Shown here piece after piece: positions 48,238-63,200 of a stretch of 64,000 bases of DNA. How positions within the stretch are numbered: position 1 is the first letter of the stretch; each line of letters begins with the position of its first letter. The stretch spans positions 25,745,649 through 25,809,648 of the forward strand of contig NC_092398.1 in NCBI RefSeq assembly GCF_030028105.1, written 5' to 3'. The stretch is from Mobula birostris. Its lineage: Eukaryota. The translations under genes and the position numbers were made by a program. The notes below the pieces were generated by a model. It worked only from the letters and a program-made list of their open reading frames with translations, did not search any database and was not told the origin of the DNA.

Positions 48238-48630
48238 AACACGAGGAATTCTGCAGATGCTGGAAATTCAAGCTACACACATCAAAGTTGCTGGTGAACA
48301 CAGCAGGCCAGGCAGCATCTCTAGGAAGAGGTACAGTCGACGTTTCGGGCCGAGACCCCTCATCAGGCCGTCTCGGCCCAAAACGTCGACTGTACCTCTT
48401 CCTAGAGATGCTGCCTGGCCTGCTGCGATCGCCAGCAACTTTGATGTGTGTTGCTTCTCTAGGAAGAGGTACAGTTGACGTTTCGGGCCGAGACTCTTTG
48501 TCAGGCAAAGGGTCTCAGCCGGAAACGTCGACTGTATCTCTTCCTAGATGCTGCCTGGCCTGCTGCATTCACCAGCAATTTTTATGTGCGTTGCCCGAAA
48601 TACCAGCATCTGCAGATTTCCTCGTGTTTA
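48238..48630. mobile_element. Palindromic Penelope-terminus-derived repeat, internally duplicated
   Basis: Inverted arms ..CTGCAGATGCTGG..GCAGGCCAGGCAGCATC / GATGCTGCCTGGCCTGC..CCAGCATCTGCAG with hammerhead-like cores at the apices. Confidence 0.75.
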
Positions 48631-48764
48631 CATTAATGACATATATGTCCACCAAATAGTTATGTTCAATAGGTAGTGAAATAAAACAGAAATTTTTTAA
48701 AAAGTATTGAAGTGGAATATAAGTATAATATAATATAGTGAATATAAGTCCTTTAGATAAAGAA

Positions 48765-50550
48765 GTTAAAAGCTTATGTCAAAAAGCCAAAGAGGAATGG
48801 TTAAACCAGGAATGTGAGCAAATAGAATGAATCCCTATTACTGATCCAAAAAGGTTACACCAACAAATCAAGAATATCACTGGTAAAAAGCTCCTCTGTT
48901 CTTCAGGTGGATGTTTGAAAGCAAAGGACGGTACCATTATCATGGAAAAAGATGAGATTATGAACAGATGGACTGAGTATATTCAGGAATTGTTTGAAGA
49001 CGATCGAGGCGAAAAACCAGAAATTAAGAAAAACATTGAAGGTCCAAGTATTTTAAAATCTGAAGTTCATAATGCAATAAATAAGATAAAGAAAGGAAAG
49101 GCAGCAGGTCCTGATGAATTAGTAATAGAACAAATTATTGCCCTTGAAGATTATAGAATTGAAAAACTTACTGATTTAATCAATGACATTTATGAGACTG
49201 GAATAATACCAGAAGAGATGAAAAATCAGTATTTGTCATTCTTCCTAAGAAACCTGGAACAATAGAATGTGAATTACATAGGACCATAAGCTTAAAGAGT
49301 CAAATCACCAAGATACTTCTAAGAATTTTGATGACAAGAGCTAAAAGTAAGATACAAGCTGAAATAGGCAAAGAAAAATGTGATTTTGTAAAAGACAAAG
49401 GTACAAGAAACACAAAATTGATGTTAAGGATACTATCAGAACGAGCTATTCAAGTGCAAAAAGATTTGTTTGTTTGTTTTATCGACTACACAAAAGCATT
49501 TGATAAAGTGAAGCACAATAAGTTATTTGAAATATTACAGAAAACTCTAGATCTAGATTCGAAAGACCTCCGCCTAATCAGAAATCTGTACTGGGAACAA
49601 GCTGTCGCTGTAAGAATAGATGGAGAAGTGAGTCAGTTTACGAAAATCAAGAGAGGCATTAGACAAGGGTGTGTTTTCTCCCCTGATTTGTTTAATGTGC
49701 ACAGTGAAACAACATTACAAAAAATAAGAGACATCTTGGGAATCAAAGTTGGCGGTGAAAACATCAATAATTTCAGATATGCAGATGACACTGTGTTAAT
49801 TGCAAGTACAGAGGAAGAACTACAAAACTTATTTGATATAATTGTTGAAGAAAGTGCAAAAATGGGTCTATCTATGAATTGCAAAAAGACAGAATGTATG
49901 GTGATATCCAAAAAGAAGGAGAATCCTATCTGCAGGCTGAGAATAAACCGGGAAGACATAAAACAAGTAAAGAACTTTTGCTACTTAGGAAGCTGGGTGA
50001 CATCAGATGGCAGGTGCGACATGGACATCAAAAGAAGAATAGGGATGGCAAAAGGCACCTTTACGAGAATGAAGAGTATACTGACCAATACTAAACTAGG
50101 CATGACAACCCACCTCAGAGTACTGAAATGTTATGTTTATCCAGTTATGTTATATGGCTCAGAATGTTGTAACATGAGGAAATGAATTGTAGCAGCAGAG
50201 ATGTGTTTTTGAGGAGGATGCAAAGAATATCATGGACGAAACAAATATCTGATGAGGATGTCATGGACAGAGCAAACACAAAAAGAGAAATAATGTATGA
50301 GATCATGAAAAGGCAACGTAACTTCATTGGACATGTGATTAGGAAAGAGGAGTTAGAATACATGGTAATTATGGGAAAGATTGAAGGGAAGAAAGCAAGA
50401 GGAAGACAAAGACAAATGATGATGGAGACAGCAGCCAGAGAATTGGAAACGAATGCCAATGAATTGATCCACTTGATCCGAAACAGGAGTGCGTGGGCCA
50501 TGGCAGTCAAAGCTCAAACTGGGCACGGCACCTGATGATGGTGATGATTG
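48765..50550 (+). mobile_element. RTE-clade LINE, 5'-truncated, RT domain largely intact
   Basis: KAAGPDE, CFIDYTKAFDKV, GIRQGCVFSP, FRYADDT, FCYLGS, IEGKKARGRQR; ends in a (TGA)n-like tail. There are a few frameshifts. Confidence 0.9.
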
Positions 50551-51859
50551 AAGTGGTGTTCAGTGTCCATTTAGGAATCGGATGACAGAGGGGAAGAAGC
50601 TGTTCCTGAATTGCTGAGGGTGTGCTTTCAGGCTTCTGTACCTCCTTTCTGACACTAACACTGTGAAGAGAGCATGATTTGGGTGGTGGGGGGTCCTTAA
50701 TGATGGATACTGCCTTCCCAAGGCATTGCTCCTTGAAGATATCTTGGATACTACGGAGGCTGGTGCCCATGGCGGAGCGAATTTTACACGTTTCTGCAAC
50801 TTATTTTGGTCTTGTTCAGTAGATCCCAGAAAGGGGAGCAAACAGGATGAGATTTGACACAGCACAGAGTGCTGGTAATGATTAGGAAGGTATCTTGATC
50901 AGCATGGGCGATTTGTGCCCAGTTCTGCACTGCCCAACACGACCATTGCCTGAACCCTGAGTGACAACGTCGGTGAGGATCTGTCCCGACCCCAACATAT
51001 CGACGCAGTTGCAAAGAATGAAAGACAGCTGAGTTTGAGGAGTTCGATAGGTCACCAAACGCTCCAGCAAATCTATGCAGATGTACCGTGGGGAGTGTTC
51101 TAACTGGCTGAATCACCGCCTGGTACGGAGGGGCCGCTGCACGAGGTCAGAAAAAGCTGCAGAGAGTTGTGAACTCAGCCAGCTCCATCATGGGCACCAG
51201 CCTCCCCAGCACCCACGATATTTTCAAAGGGCAATACCTCAAGAAAGCAGCATCTATCGTCAAGGACCCCCACCACCCAGACCGTGCCCTCTTCTCACTG
51301 CTGCCAGCAGGAAGGAAGTACAGGAGCCTCAGGTCCCACACCACCAGGTTCAGGAACAGTTATTACCCCCTCAACCATCAGGCTTCTGGACCAGTGTGGA
51401 TCACTTCACTCACCCCAACACTGAACTGATTCCACAGCTATGGGCTCACTTTCAAGGACTCTACAACTCACGTTCTCAATATTATTTATTTATTATTAAT
51501 ATTATAAAGATTTTTTTTTTGCATTCCTCCCACCACCGCCCATCCCATGGCTCTGCTGTGTCTTCTGTCCAGTCTGTTCCCGGCACTAAAGATTCAAAGT
51601 TCAAAGTAAATTTATGAACAAAGTTTGTATACGTCACCCTGAGATTCATTTTCTTGCAGGTATTCACAGTAAAACAAAGAAATACAATAGAATCAATGAG
51701 AAACGGCAAACAAGGACAAACAATGTATCCAATATGCAATATGCAAAACAGGAGAAACTGTGCAAATCCAAAAGAATAACAAATAATAAAAAAGCAAGTC
51801 ACTAATAATAATACTGAGAACATGAGTTGTAGAGTCCTTGAAAGTGTGTCTGTAGGTTG

Positions 51860-52352
51860 TGGAGTCTTTCAGTGTTGAGGTCACTGAGAGTATGTTTGTG
51901 GTCTTCCGCTGCTGCAGCCCATCTTCTTCCAGGTTTGATGTGCTGTACGTTCAGAGATGCTCTTCTGCACACCACTGTTGTAACATGTGGTTATTTGAGT
52001 TACCATCGCCTTCCTGTCAGCTTGAACCAGTCTGGCCATTCTCCTCTGACCTCTCTCGTTTTCACCCACAGAACTGCCGCTCACTGGATGTTTTCTTTTT
52101 GTTTTTCACACCATTCTCTGTAAACTCTAGGGACTGTTTTGAGTAAAAGAAGTTTCTGAGATACTCTGGCATCAACAATCAATCATTCCACGGTCAAGGT
52201 CACATTTCTTCCCCCATTCTGTTTGGTCTGATCAACAGCTGAACCTCTTGACCGTGTCTGCATGCTTTTATGCATTGAGTTGCTGCCACGTGATTGGCTG
52301 GTTAGAAATTTGCATTAACGAGCAGGTGTACCCAATAAAGTGGCCACTGAGT
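51860..52352 (-). mobile_element. Tc1/mariner-derived non-autonomous element (related copies about 15100-15940, 36675-37455, 55645-55900)
   Basis: Terminus CACTCAGTGGCCACTTTATTAGG and a transposase N-terminal remnant ([32 protein letters not shown]). Confidence 0.7.
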
Positions 52353-52391
52353 ATATATGGTGAATGATGTTGATTTTTGATTACGATCACA

Positions 52392-52649
52392 AACAAGAGA
52401 AAATCTGCAGATGCTGGAAATCTAAGCAACACACACAATACGCTGGAAGAACTCAGCAGGTTAAGCGGCATCTGTGGAAAAGAGTAAACATTCGACATTT
52501 CCGGGCAACACACTTCATCAGCCCTGATGAAGGGTCTTAGCCTGAAACATCAAGTTTTCTTTACCACAGATGCTGCCTAACCTGCTGAGTTCTTCCAGCG
52601 TATTGTGTGTGTTACTTAGATTTCCAGCATCTGCAGATTTTCTCTTGTT
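52392..52649. mobile_element. Palindromic Penelope-terminus-derived repeat
   Basis: Outer arms of about 85 bp are nearly perfect reverse complements; the apex is CTTCATCAG-CC-CTGATGAAG. Confidence 0.8.
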
Positions 52650-52789
52650 CCCTTCATCCTTATGAAAGCAGACAAATTTGTGATGAGGCAGAGATAGGGT
52701 GAACGTCTGGTAAAATGGGTGAGATCCCACTTTTTCAGGCTGACGGAGCGTAGGTGCTTGGGGAAAAGGTAGATCTCCCAATCTGTGTT

Positions 52790-54180
52790 GGGTCTCACCA
52801 ACATAGGAGGCTACACAGGGAGCACTGGTGTGACCCCAACAGTATATGACCCCAACAGGTGAAGTGTCCCCTCACCTGAAGGGAGTGAATGATAGTGGGG
52901 GAGGAGGTGTAGCACTTATTCCACTTGCAAGGGTAAGTGCCAGCAGGGAGATCAGTGGCGAGGGGATAATGGACAAGGGAGTCGCGTAGGGAGCAATCCC
53001 TGCGGAAAACAAAACATGGGGGTAGGGATATATGTGCTCGGTGGTGGGATCCCATCGGAGATGATGGAAGTTATGGAGAATTATGTGCTGGACATGGAGG
53101 CTGGTGGGGTGGCAGGTGAGGACACGGGGAACCCTATCCCTGGTAGCGTGGCGTGAGGATGGGGTAAGAGCAGACGTGTGTGAAATGGAAGAGATGCGGT
53201 TGAGGACAGCGTTGATGGTGGAGGGAAGGAAGCCCCCTTTCTTTGAAAATGGAAGACATCTTCTTCATTCTAGAATGAAAAGCCTCATCCTGTGAGCAGA
53301 TGTGGCGGAGGCCGAGCAATTGAGAGAAAGGAATGGGGTTTTTACAAATAAAGGGCATGAACTATAGTTCAGGTAGCTGTGAGAGTTCGTGGGTTTCAGG
53401 TAAATTTGAGGGTAGGGTGGAAGTTGGAGGCAAAGTGGATGAAATCGACAAGTTCAGCATGGGTGCAGGAAGCAGTACCAATGCAGTCGTCGATGTAGCG
53501 TAGGAAAAGTGCAGGACAGTCACCAGTGTAGGCTTGGAACATAGCCGACATACAGGCAGACATAGCTGGGACCCATGCGAGTGCCCATGGCCACACCTTT
53601 TGTTTGAAGGAAGTGGGAGGAACCAAAGGAGAAATTATTTAGAGTGAGGATAAGCTCTGCAAGGTAGAGGAGAGGAGGGGAACTGGTTGGGTCCTAAGGC
53701 ATCTGTTAGTCTTGCGAGACCGTGGATCTGCACCTGGAAAGTCTTCACTCTGCAGGGCACAGGCCTGGGCAAGGTTGTATGGAAGACCAGCAGTTGCCCA
53801 TGCTGCAAGTCTCCCCGCTCCACGACACCGCCGTTGTCCAAGCGAGGGGCATTAGGACCCATACAGCTTGGCACCGGTGTTGTCGCAGAGCAATGTGTGA
53901 TTAAGTGCCTTGCTCAAGGACACAACATGTTCCCTCAGCTGGGGCTCGAACTCACAACCTTCAGGTTGCTAGTCCAATGCCTTAACCACTTGGCCACCTG
54001 CCCGCACTACTGTGCAGAAAAAAACAGAGCTTTGAGGTGTTCCTGGTGGGGGGGGGGGGGGGGTGCAGATGTCCATAGTAATAAGATGATAGGGCAGGGA
54101 ACCTGAAATCATTGAAAAGATCCAGAGCCTGTGAAGTGTCACGGATGTAGGTGGGAGGGGACTGAACTAGGGGGGAATAG
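52790..54180 (-). mobile_element. Penelope-like element fragment (RT and C-terminal region), interrupted by a SINE
   Basis: YIRDTS.AL, FLRYIDDCIG and FHPTLKFT RT motifs, plus LRHICSQDEAFHSR and PAGTYPCK..KCYT. A tRNA-derived SINE is inserted at about 53695-54005. Confidence 0.8.
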
Positions 54181-56689
54181 AACATTGCTGCTTGTCTCAA
54201 GTTTGCAAAAGTCTCTGGGATGTTGGTGGGCTTCCTTGCATGAATTGCTTAATTCAGGTGCTTTATAGGATTAATGTTTCTATAGGATTAAGGTCAAAAC
54301 ACAAAACATTCCAAAACACAAATTTTCTTCTTTTTAACCATTCTGTGGTGGATTTACTCTTGTCTTTCAGATCATTGTCTTGTTGCATTATCCAACTTAA
54401 GCTTCAGGTGACAGACCACTACCCTGACAGTCTCCTGTAAAATGTCTTAATACAATATTCCCTCAAAGATTGCAAGTCGTCCAGGCCCTGAGGCAGCAAA
54501 GCAGCCCCGAAACGTGATGCTCCTTCCACCAGGCTTCACAGTTGGGATGAGGTCTTGGTGTTGGTGTGCAGTGCCCTTTTACCTCCAAACATACTGGTGT
54601 GCATTTCTGTCACAAAGTTCAACTTTTGTCCCAGAAACATTGTTGAACATCCAGGTGGTCTTTTGCAAACTTGAGATGTGCGGCAATGTGTTTGTTTGGA
54701 GAGCAGTAGTTTCCTCTGTGGTGTCCTTCCATGAACACCCTTCTTGTTCAGTGCTTTGTTTTGGTTCAGGCATGGTGCACATCAAGATCTGAAGAGCAGA
54801 CTGTCAGTAACCCGACTTTTGTGTGTCTTTTTTATGGAGCAAGGCACCTCTCCAATCTCATCTCATTGATCAGAGCACCTGACTCCAAATAGCATTTGTA
54901 GAAGGAATTACCCCAGTGGTTTGCATACTTTTTCCAACAAATACATGTAGTAGTGGATTATTTTTCTCAATAATGTTTTTGTGCTATTTATTCAATTGGG
55001 TTCTTTTTATCTAGATTTAGGACATCATGAAGATCTGATCACATTTTAAGTCATACTTATGCAGAAGTAGAGAAAATTCTACAGCACTGTAGAACACCAC
55101 TGTAGCTAGTTTGTGGAGGCATTATATTAGTGACCTTTCAAGAATCACTAAATTCTGTTTGATTCCAGAGGACAAGAAGTTTGTAAATGCAATTCCATTC
55201 TTCAGGGAGGCAAAAGACAAGAAATTATAGGCCAGTTAGCCTGACCTCAGTGGTTGGGAAGAAATTAAGACATTATTAAGGATGAGGTTTTGGGGTACTT
55301 GGGAGATACACGATAAAATAGGCTGGAGTCAGCATGGTTTTAAGGGAAAGTCTTGCCTGACAAATCTGCTGGAATTATTTGAGGAAGTAGCAGGCAGGCG
55401 AGAAAAGAATAATTGGATGATGCTTGGATTTTTGGAAGGCGTTTGACAGCATACCGAACGTGACACTGTTTAACAAGGGTCCACAGTATTACACTAATTA
55501 TTCTGGTGTGGATAGAGAATTGGTCAAGTAGCACGAGGTGAAGAGTGTCATAAAAGGAGGCCTTTTGTGGTTAGTAGCAGCCAGTGACTAGTGGTGTTCA
55601 CAGGACTCAGTGTTGGGACCACTTCTTTCCATGTTTTATACTCAATTGCCACTCTGGTATCTCTCGGCAGAGTGCTCGTTTGTAGTCTTCTGCTGCTGCA
55701 GCCCAACCACTTCCAGGTTTGACTTACGCATTCAGAGATGCTCCTCAGCACAACAGTGCTGTAACGCATGCTTTTCTGTGTTAGTCACTGTCCTGTCCGC
55801 TTGAAGCATCCATTGTTTGGCCTGCACTGAACCTCTTGACCATGTCAGCTAGCTTTTGTGCAGATGATTGGCCGATTTAATGAACAAGTGTACTCAATAA
55901 AGTGTATTTCAGACAGCAAGTTTGCAGATGAAACGAAGGTAGGTGGAGGGGCAGATAGTGTTGAGGGAGCAGGGAGTCTGCAGGAATGGGCAAATTGGCA
56001 GATGAAATACAGTACAAGGAAATGTGTTGATAGAAGGAATAAAGGCACAGGCTATTTTCCAAATGGTCTAATTCTGCTCCTATCTCTTATGGACGTCTGG
56101 GGCACAGAAGGATATGGGAAGGCGGCAGGAGATTGGGGCTGAGAGGGAAAATGGATCAACCATAATGAAATGGTGGGACAGACTCAAAAGGCCAAAATAA
56201 TTCTGCTCCTACATCTTATGGACTCTTCTGCTGACGAGGAGATGGGGAGGATGATGTCATTCAGCCAATTGAGTTGACTGCATCACTTTTATCATGGCAG
56301 ATCCATTTCCCTCAACTCTATCCTCCTGCTTTATCTCTGTAACACGCTGACTAACCATTAATCTATCAATCCCCACCTTAAATATACTCAGTAACCCGGC
56401 CTCTACCACCATCTGTGGCAATGAATTCCAGATTCACCTTCTGGAATAAGAAGCTCATCTGTTCTAAATGGATGCCCCTCTTTTCTGAGGCTGTGCCCAC
56501 TGGTCCGAAACTCCCCCCACAAGAGAGAATATCCTCTCCACATCCACTCTATTGCAGCCTAAAGCCACCATTCACTGCTTGTACAATGACCCGGAATCAT
56601 TCTCGTGAACCTCCTCTGAACCCTCTCCACTATCAGTCAGCACATCCTTTCTTTATCCAAGAGGCCCAAAACTGCTCACAACACTAATT

Positions 56690-57590
56690 CTCTGTAACTT
56701 CCACCACCTCCAACGGGATCCCACCACGAAGCACATCTTTCCCTCCCCCCTTCTGCTTTCTGCAGAGATCACTCCCTATACGACTCCCTTGTCCATTCGC
56801 CCCCCCCATCCCTTCCCCTGATCTCCCTCCCGGCACTTATCCTTGTAAGTGGAACAAGTGCTACACATGCTCTTACCACCATTCAGGGCCCCAAACAGTC
56901 CTTCCAGGTGAGGCGACACTTCACCTGTGAGTCGGCTGGGGTGATATACTGCGTCCAGTGCTCCCGATGTGGCCTTCTATATATTGGTGAGACCTGACGC
57001 AGGCTGGGAGACCGCCAGAGAAAGTAGGATCTCCCAGCGGCCACACATTTTAATTCCACGTCCCATTCCCATTCTGACATATCTGTCCACGGCCTCCTCT
57101 ACTGTCAAGATGAAGCCACACACAGGTTGGAGGAACAACAACTTATATTCTGTCTGGGTAGCCTCCAACCTGATGGTATGAACATTGACTTCTCAAACTT
57201 CTGCTATTGCCCCACCTCCCCCTCATACCCCATCAGTTATTTTTTTTTCCCTTTCACTCACTATACTCCTTGCCCATCCTCTGGGTTCCTCCTCCCCCTC
57301 TTCCTTCTCCCTGGGCCTCCTGTCCCATGATCCTCTCATATCCCTTTTGCCAATCACCTGTCCAGCTCTTGGCTCCATCTCCTCCCCGCCATGTTCTCCT
57401 ATCATTTCGGTTCTCCCCCTCCCCCTTTCAAATCTCTTACTATTTCTTCTTTCAGGTAGTCCTGACAAAGGGTCTCGGCCCGAAACATCAACTGTACCTC
57501 TTCCTAGAGATGCTGCCTGGCCTGCTGTGTTCACCAGCAATTTTTATGTTTCTTGAAATTCCAGCATCTGCAGATTTCCTCGTGTTTGCA
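56690..57590 (+). mobile_element. Penelope-like element 3' end (GIY-YIG remnant, pyrimidine tract, decayed hammerhead, terminal repeat)
   Basis: [54 protein letters not shown], followed by TAGTC-CTGACAA-A-GGGTCTCGGCCC-GAAA-CATC-AACTG at 57457-57494. Confidence 0.82.
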
Positions 57591-58759
57591 CAATACAAGT
57601 GAGGCCTCACCAGCACTTTTATAAAGTCTCAACATCCTAGTCTAGTCTAGAAATCAATGCTAACATCTTATTTGTCTTCCTCACCAACAGAAAACTGCAA
57701 GTTAACCTTTGGGGAATCCTGCACGAGGACCCCCAAGTCCCTTTGCACCTCCCCTTTTTAAAAAACATTCTATTTAGAAAAGTCTGTTTTCATTCCTGCT
57801 CCCAAAGAGCTGACCATACACTTCCAAACACTCAAATCCATCTGCCACTTCTTTGCCCATTCTTATCATCTGCAAGTCCTTCTGTCGCCTCTCCATTTTC
57901 TCAGCACAATCTCTTCTCACACGCCCCCCCCCCCCACACCTATCTTCGTACCGCCTACAAACTTCACAGAGCCATCAATTCCATCATCCAAATCATGGAC
58001 ATACAATGCCAAAAAAGTGGCTGCAATATTGACCGCTGTGGACCACCACTGGTCTCTGGCAGCTAGTCAAAAAAAGCTTCTTTTATTTCCTGTAACACCA
58101 CAGACTCCAAGCTGCCTCATCTACTGCACCTCCTCAAACACCTTCAATGTTTGCCCCACTAGAGCTTCCTTGCTCTAATTTAGAAGAATTTGGGAGGGGG
58201 GGGGTAAATCAACTTGAAAACTATTGAAAAATTGAGGGGCTCCCAACCTAGAGTGCACTGACTTAATGGTATTGGTCCCCCCCGGTCAGGATAGAGTGGA
58301 CATATACATTTCCCACAGTGGGGAGACCTAGGACAAGACAGCAGCGCCTCAGAATTGAGGGCCACCCTTTTTAGAACAGATCTGAAGAATTTCCTTAGCC
58401 AGAGGGTGGGTGAATCCATGGAATCCATTGCCACAGATGGCTGGAGGTCAAGTCATGGTGTATATTTGAAGTGGAAATTGATAGGATTTAGTCAGGAAGG
58501 GAAAAGGTTACAGGGAGAAGGCAGAAGAGTGTGGTTGGGAGTAAAATAAACCGGCTATGATGGAATAGCAGAGCAGACCCAATAGGCCAAATAGCCTAAC
58601 ACTGATTTTACCCTCAAGGCCAACCACCCCCACAAGCCACATACCTACCCAAACATTTTCAAACCTGTGATTGTACTTTGTACTACCTTCTCCCGCAGCA
58701 CGTTCCACATCCCCACCACCACCTCAGTGAGAAAGTCACCCCTCAGGTCACTTAAATCT

Positions 58760-59898
58760 GCCGTCCTCAACCACCGTACCGGGCCGCAAGGGAACGATAT
58801 GATTTGGCGATACGAGTCAGTTGCACCTTTCCTCATTCCCTGTCACGCCCACTGTTGAGCTGGAACGCACGTGAAGTCATTAACCGCGTCATCCGTGTCA
58901 GCGCGGGAAGATCAACTCCTCCAGCTTGCAAATGACGGTGGGCTGAAAAGTACGTTTGACATAACATCTCTGCCAGCAGTCCTGATCAAAGTCAAGGCTA
59001 AATATCCTAAGATAGCCCACGAAAGCACTGAAAACGTTGCTTCCATTTCCAACATTTTTCTGCGAAGCGGAGTTTTCTGCAATGAATGCAACGAAAACTA
59101 AATTGCAGAATGGACTGGACATAAAGAACCCCCTTCCAGTATTGCTGTCTCCCATCACCCCTCAATGGGACCGTCTTGTTGCAGGGAAACAAGCCCAGGG
59201 CTCCCACTGATTCAGCGATATTGGTGTTACAATAATTTTATATGTTCGTACGAGAAAAATATGTGTTGTGTTTAATATCCAATCGTTACTTAAAATGTTA
59301 TGATGCTATTGACTTAAGTGACTTGTATAACCATATAACAACTACAGCACAGAAACAGGCCATCATGGTCCTTCTAGTCCGTGCCGAACGCTACTCTCAC
59401 CTAGTCCCAACGACCGGCACTCAGCCCATAACCCTCCATTCCTTTCCTGTCCATATACCTATCCAAATTTTCTTTAAATGATCATATCGAACCTGCTTCT
59501 GCCACTTCTACTGGAAGTTCGTTCAACACTTACTTCAAGCTCCCGTCCTCCCCTGATAATTGATTTATCACTATATTCATGCGAGGAAAATATGCAGTGT
59601 GTTTAATATTAAATTCATTAGATAAACCGTTTGAGAAACGAAATTGAGTGTCTTTGCCATTTATCACCTATATGCTGGTCGTCATTAACCCCCCCCCCAA
59701 ACAGAATCACCGAAAACAATTTGCAGAAAAACACCACAGGTACACGCATGCGCACTGCTGCCTGCGCAAAGCTTCACGGTCATTGTAGTCTTTCTCAAAA
59801 TGTATTTGACTGCTACTCCTTTGTTGGCATCCCTACCCCCCGCGCAAGAATATTGTCAATATTAAACTGGTCCGCAGTGCAAAAAAGGTTGGGGACCG
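58760..59898 (+). mobile_element. hAT (Charlie/Buster-like) deletion derivative
   Basis: Remnant of the hAT C-terminal dimerisation region (EDQLLQLANDGGLK..YPKIA..LLPFPT..CEA.FS.M..TKTK). The right end AAAAAAGGTTGGGGACC is typical of Charlie-type termini. Confidence 0.7.
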
Positions 59899-60294
59899 GA
59901 CTTAAATCTTTCATCTTTACCTTGAAACTCTGCCCTCTGGAGTAAAAATACTGCAACCATCCACCTCAGCTCAAACCTCTGCCCCCGACCATCCACCTCA
60001 CCTACGCCCCTCACAGCTTTGAGGTCACCCCTCAGCCTCCTCCATGCCATGTAAAACCAGACCCAGCCTCTCCCTCAGTCCCAGTAAGATCCTGTGGAGC
60101 TGTCACATCCTCCCTTCAGTACACCAACCAGAACGGCAAACCTGACCGTGCGTGCATCTCGTTGCGCATGCCCAGCCAGTCCCCACGAGTGAACTGATAC
60201 AGAGTGCGACAGACCTTCCGCTGTAGCCATTTCAATCCCACCCCAGTCACCCTGTGGAAGTCAGTCAGACTCGGGGAAGAGGTGGATCAAAGAG

Positions 60295-60300
60295 TTTATT
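60295..60300 (-). terminator. RPL10 polyadenylation signal AATAAA
   Basis: TTTATT on the plus strand about 35 nt past the stop codon. Confidence 0.85.
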
Positions 60301-60333
60301 CAGCGGAAAGGGCTACACGGGGAGTCTCTGCTC

Positions 60334-62894
<2,561 letters not shown>

Positions 62895-63115
62895 CGTGCC
62901 TCGCGCTGTGAAAGAGATTAACATCAATTAGTGACGTCAGCGAGCTTCTTACCCCCCCAACCCCATTCTGCCTCCGTGTTAACTTCTTCCAATACCCCCC
63001 CCCACCCCATTACGATGCGACCGCCCCCCGGCCATCCCAGTCCCACTCGGTCGCCATGGAGACGGCTTTATCCACTCCCCCCCACCCAAAACAACATGAC
63101 GAGCTCCGCTCCCAC

Positions 63116-63200
63116 CTCGCGCTCCGCAGCGAAAGAGAGCACACGCCGCCCGCGCTGCCTATAAGAGACGGAGCACACTTCCGGCCACGCCTCACTTCCG
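63116..63200 (-). promoter_or_regulatory. RPL10 non-coding exon 1 (63116 to about 63137) with TCT/5'TOP start, TATA-like element and ETS sites
   Basis: Minus strand TCTTATAG is followed about 25 nt later by CTCTCTTTCG..GCGAG|GTGGG. ETS/GABP-type CCGGAAGT and CGGAAGT lie at about 63177-63200, with CRE palindromes TGACGTCA at 62932-62939 and 63327-63334. Confidence 0.75.
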
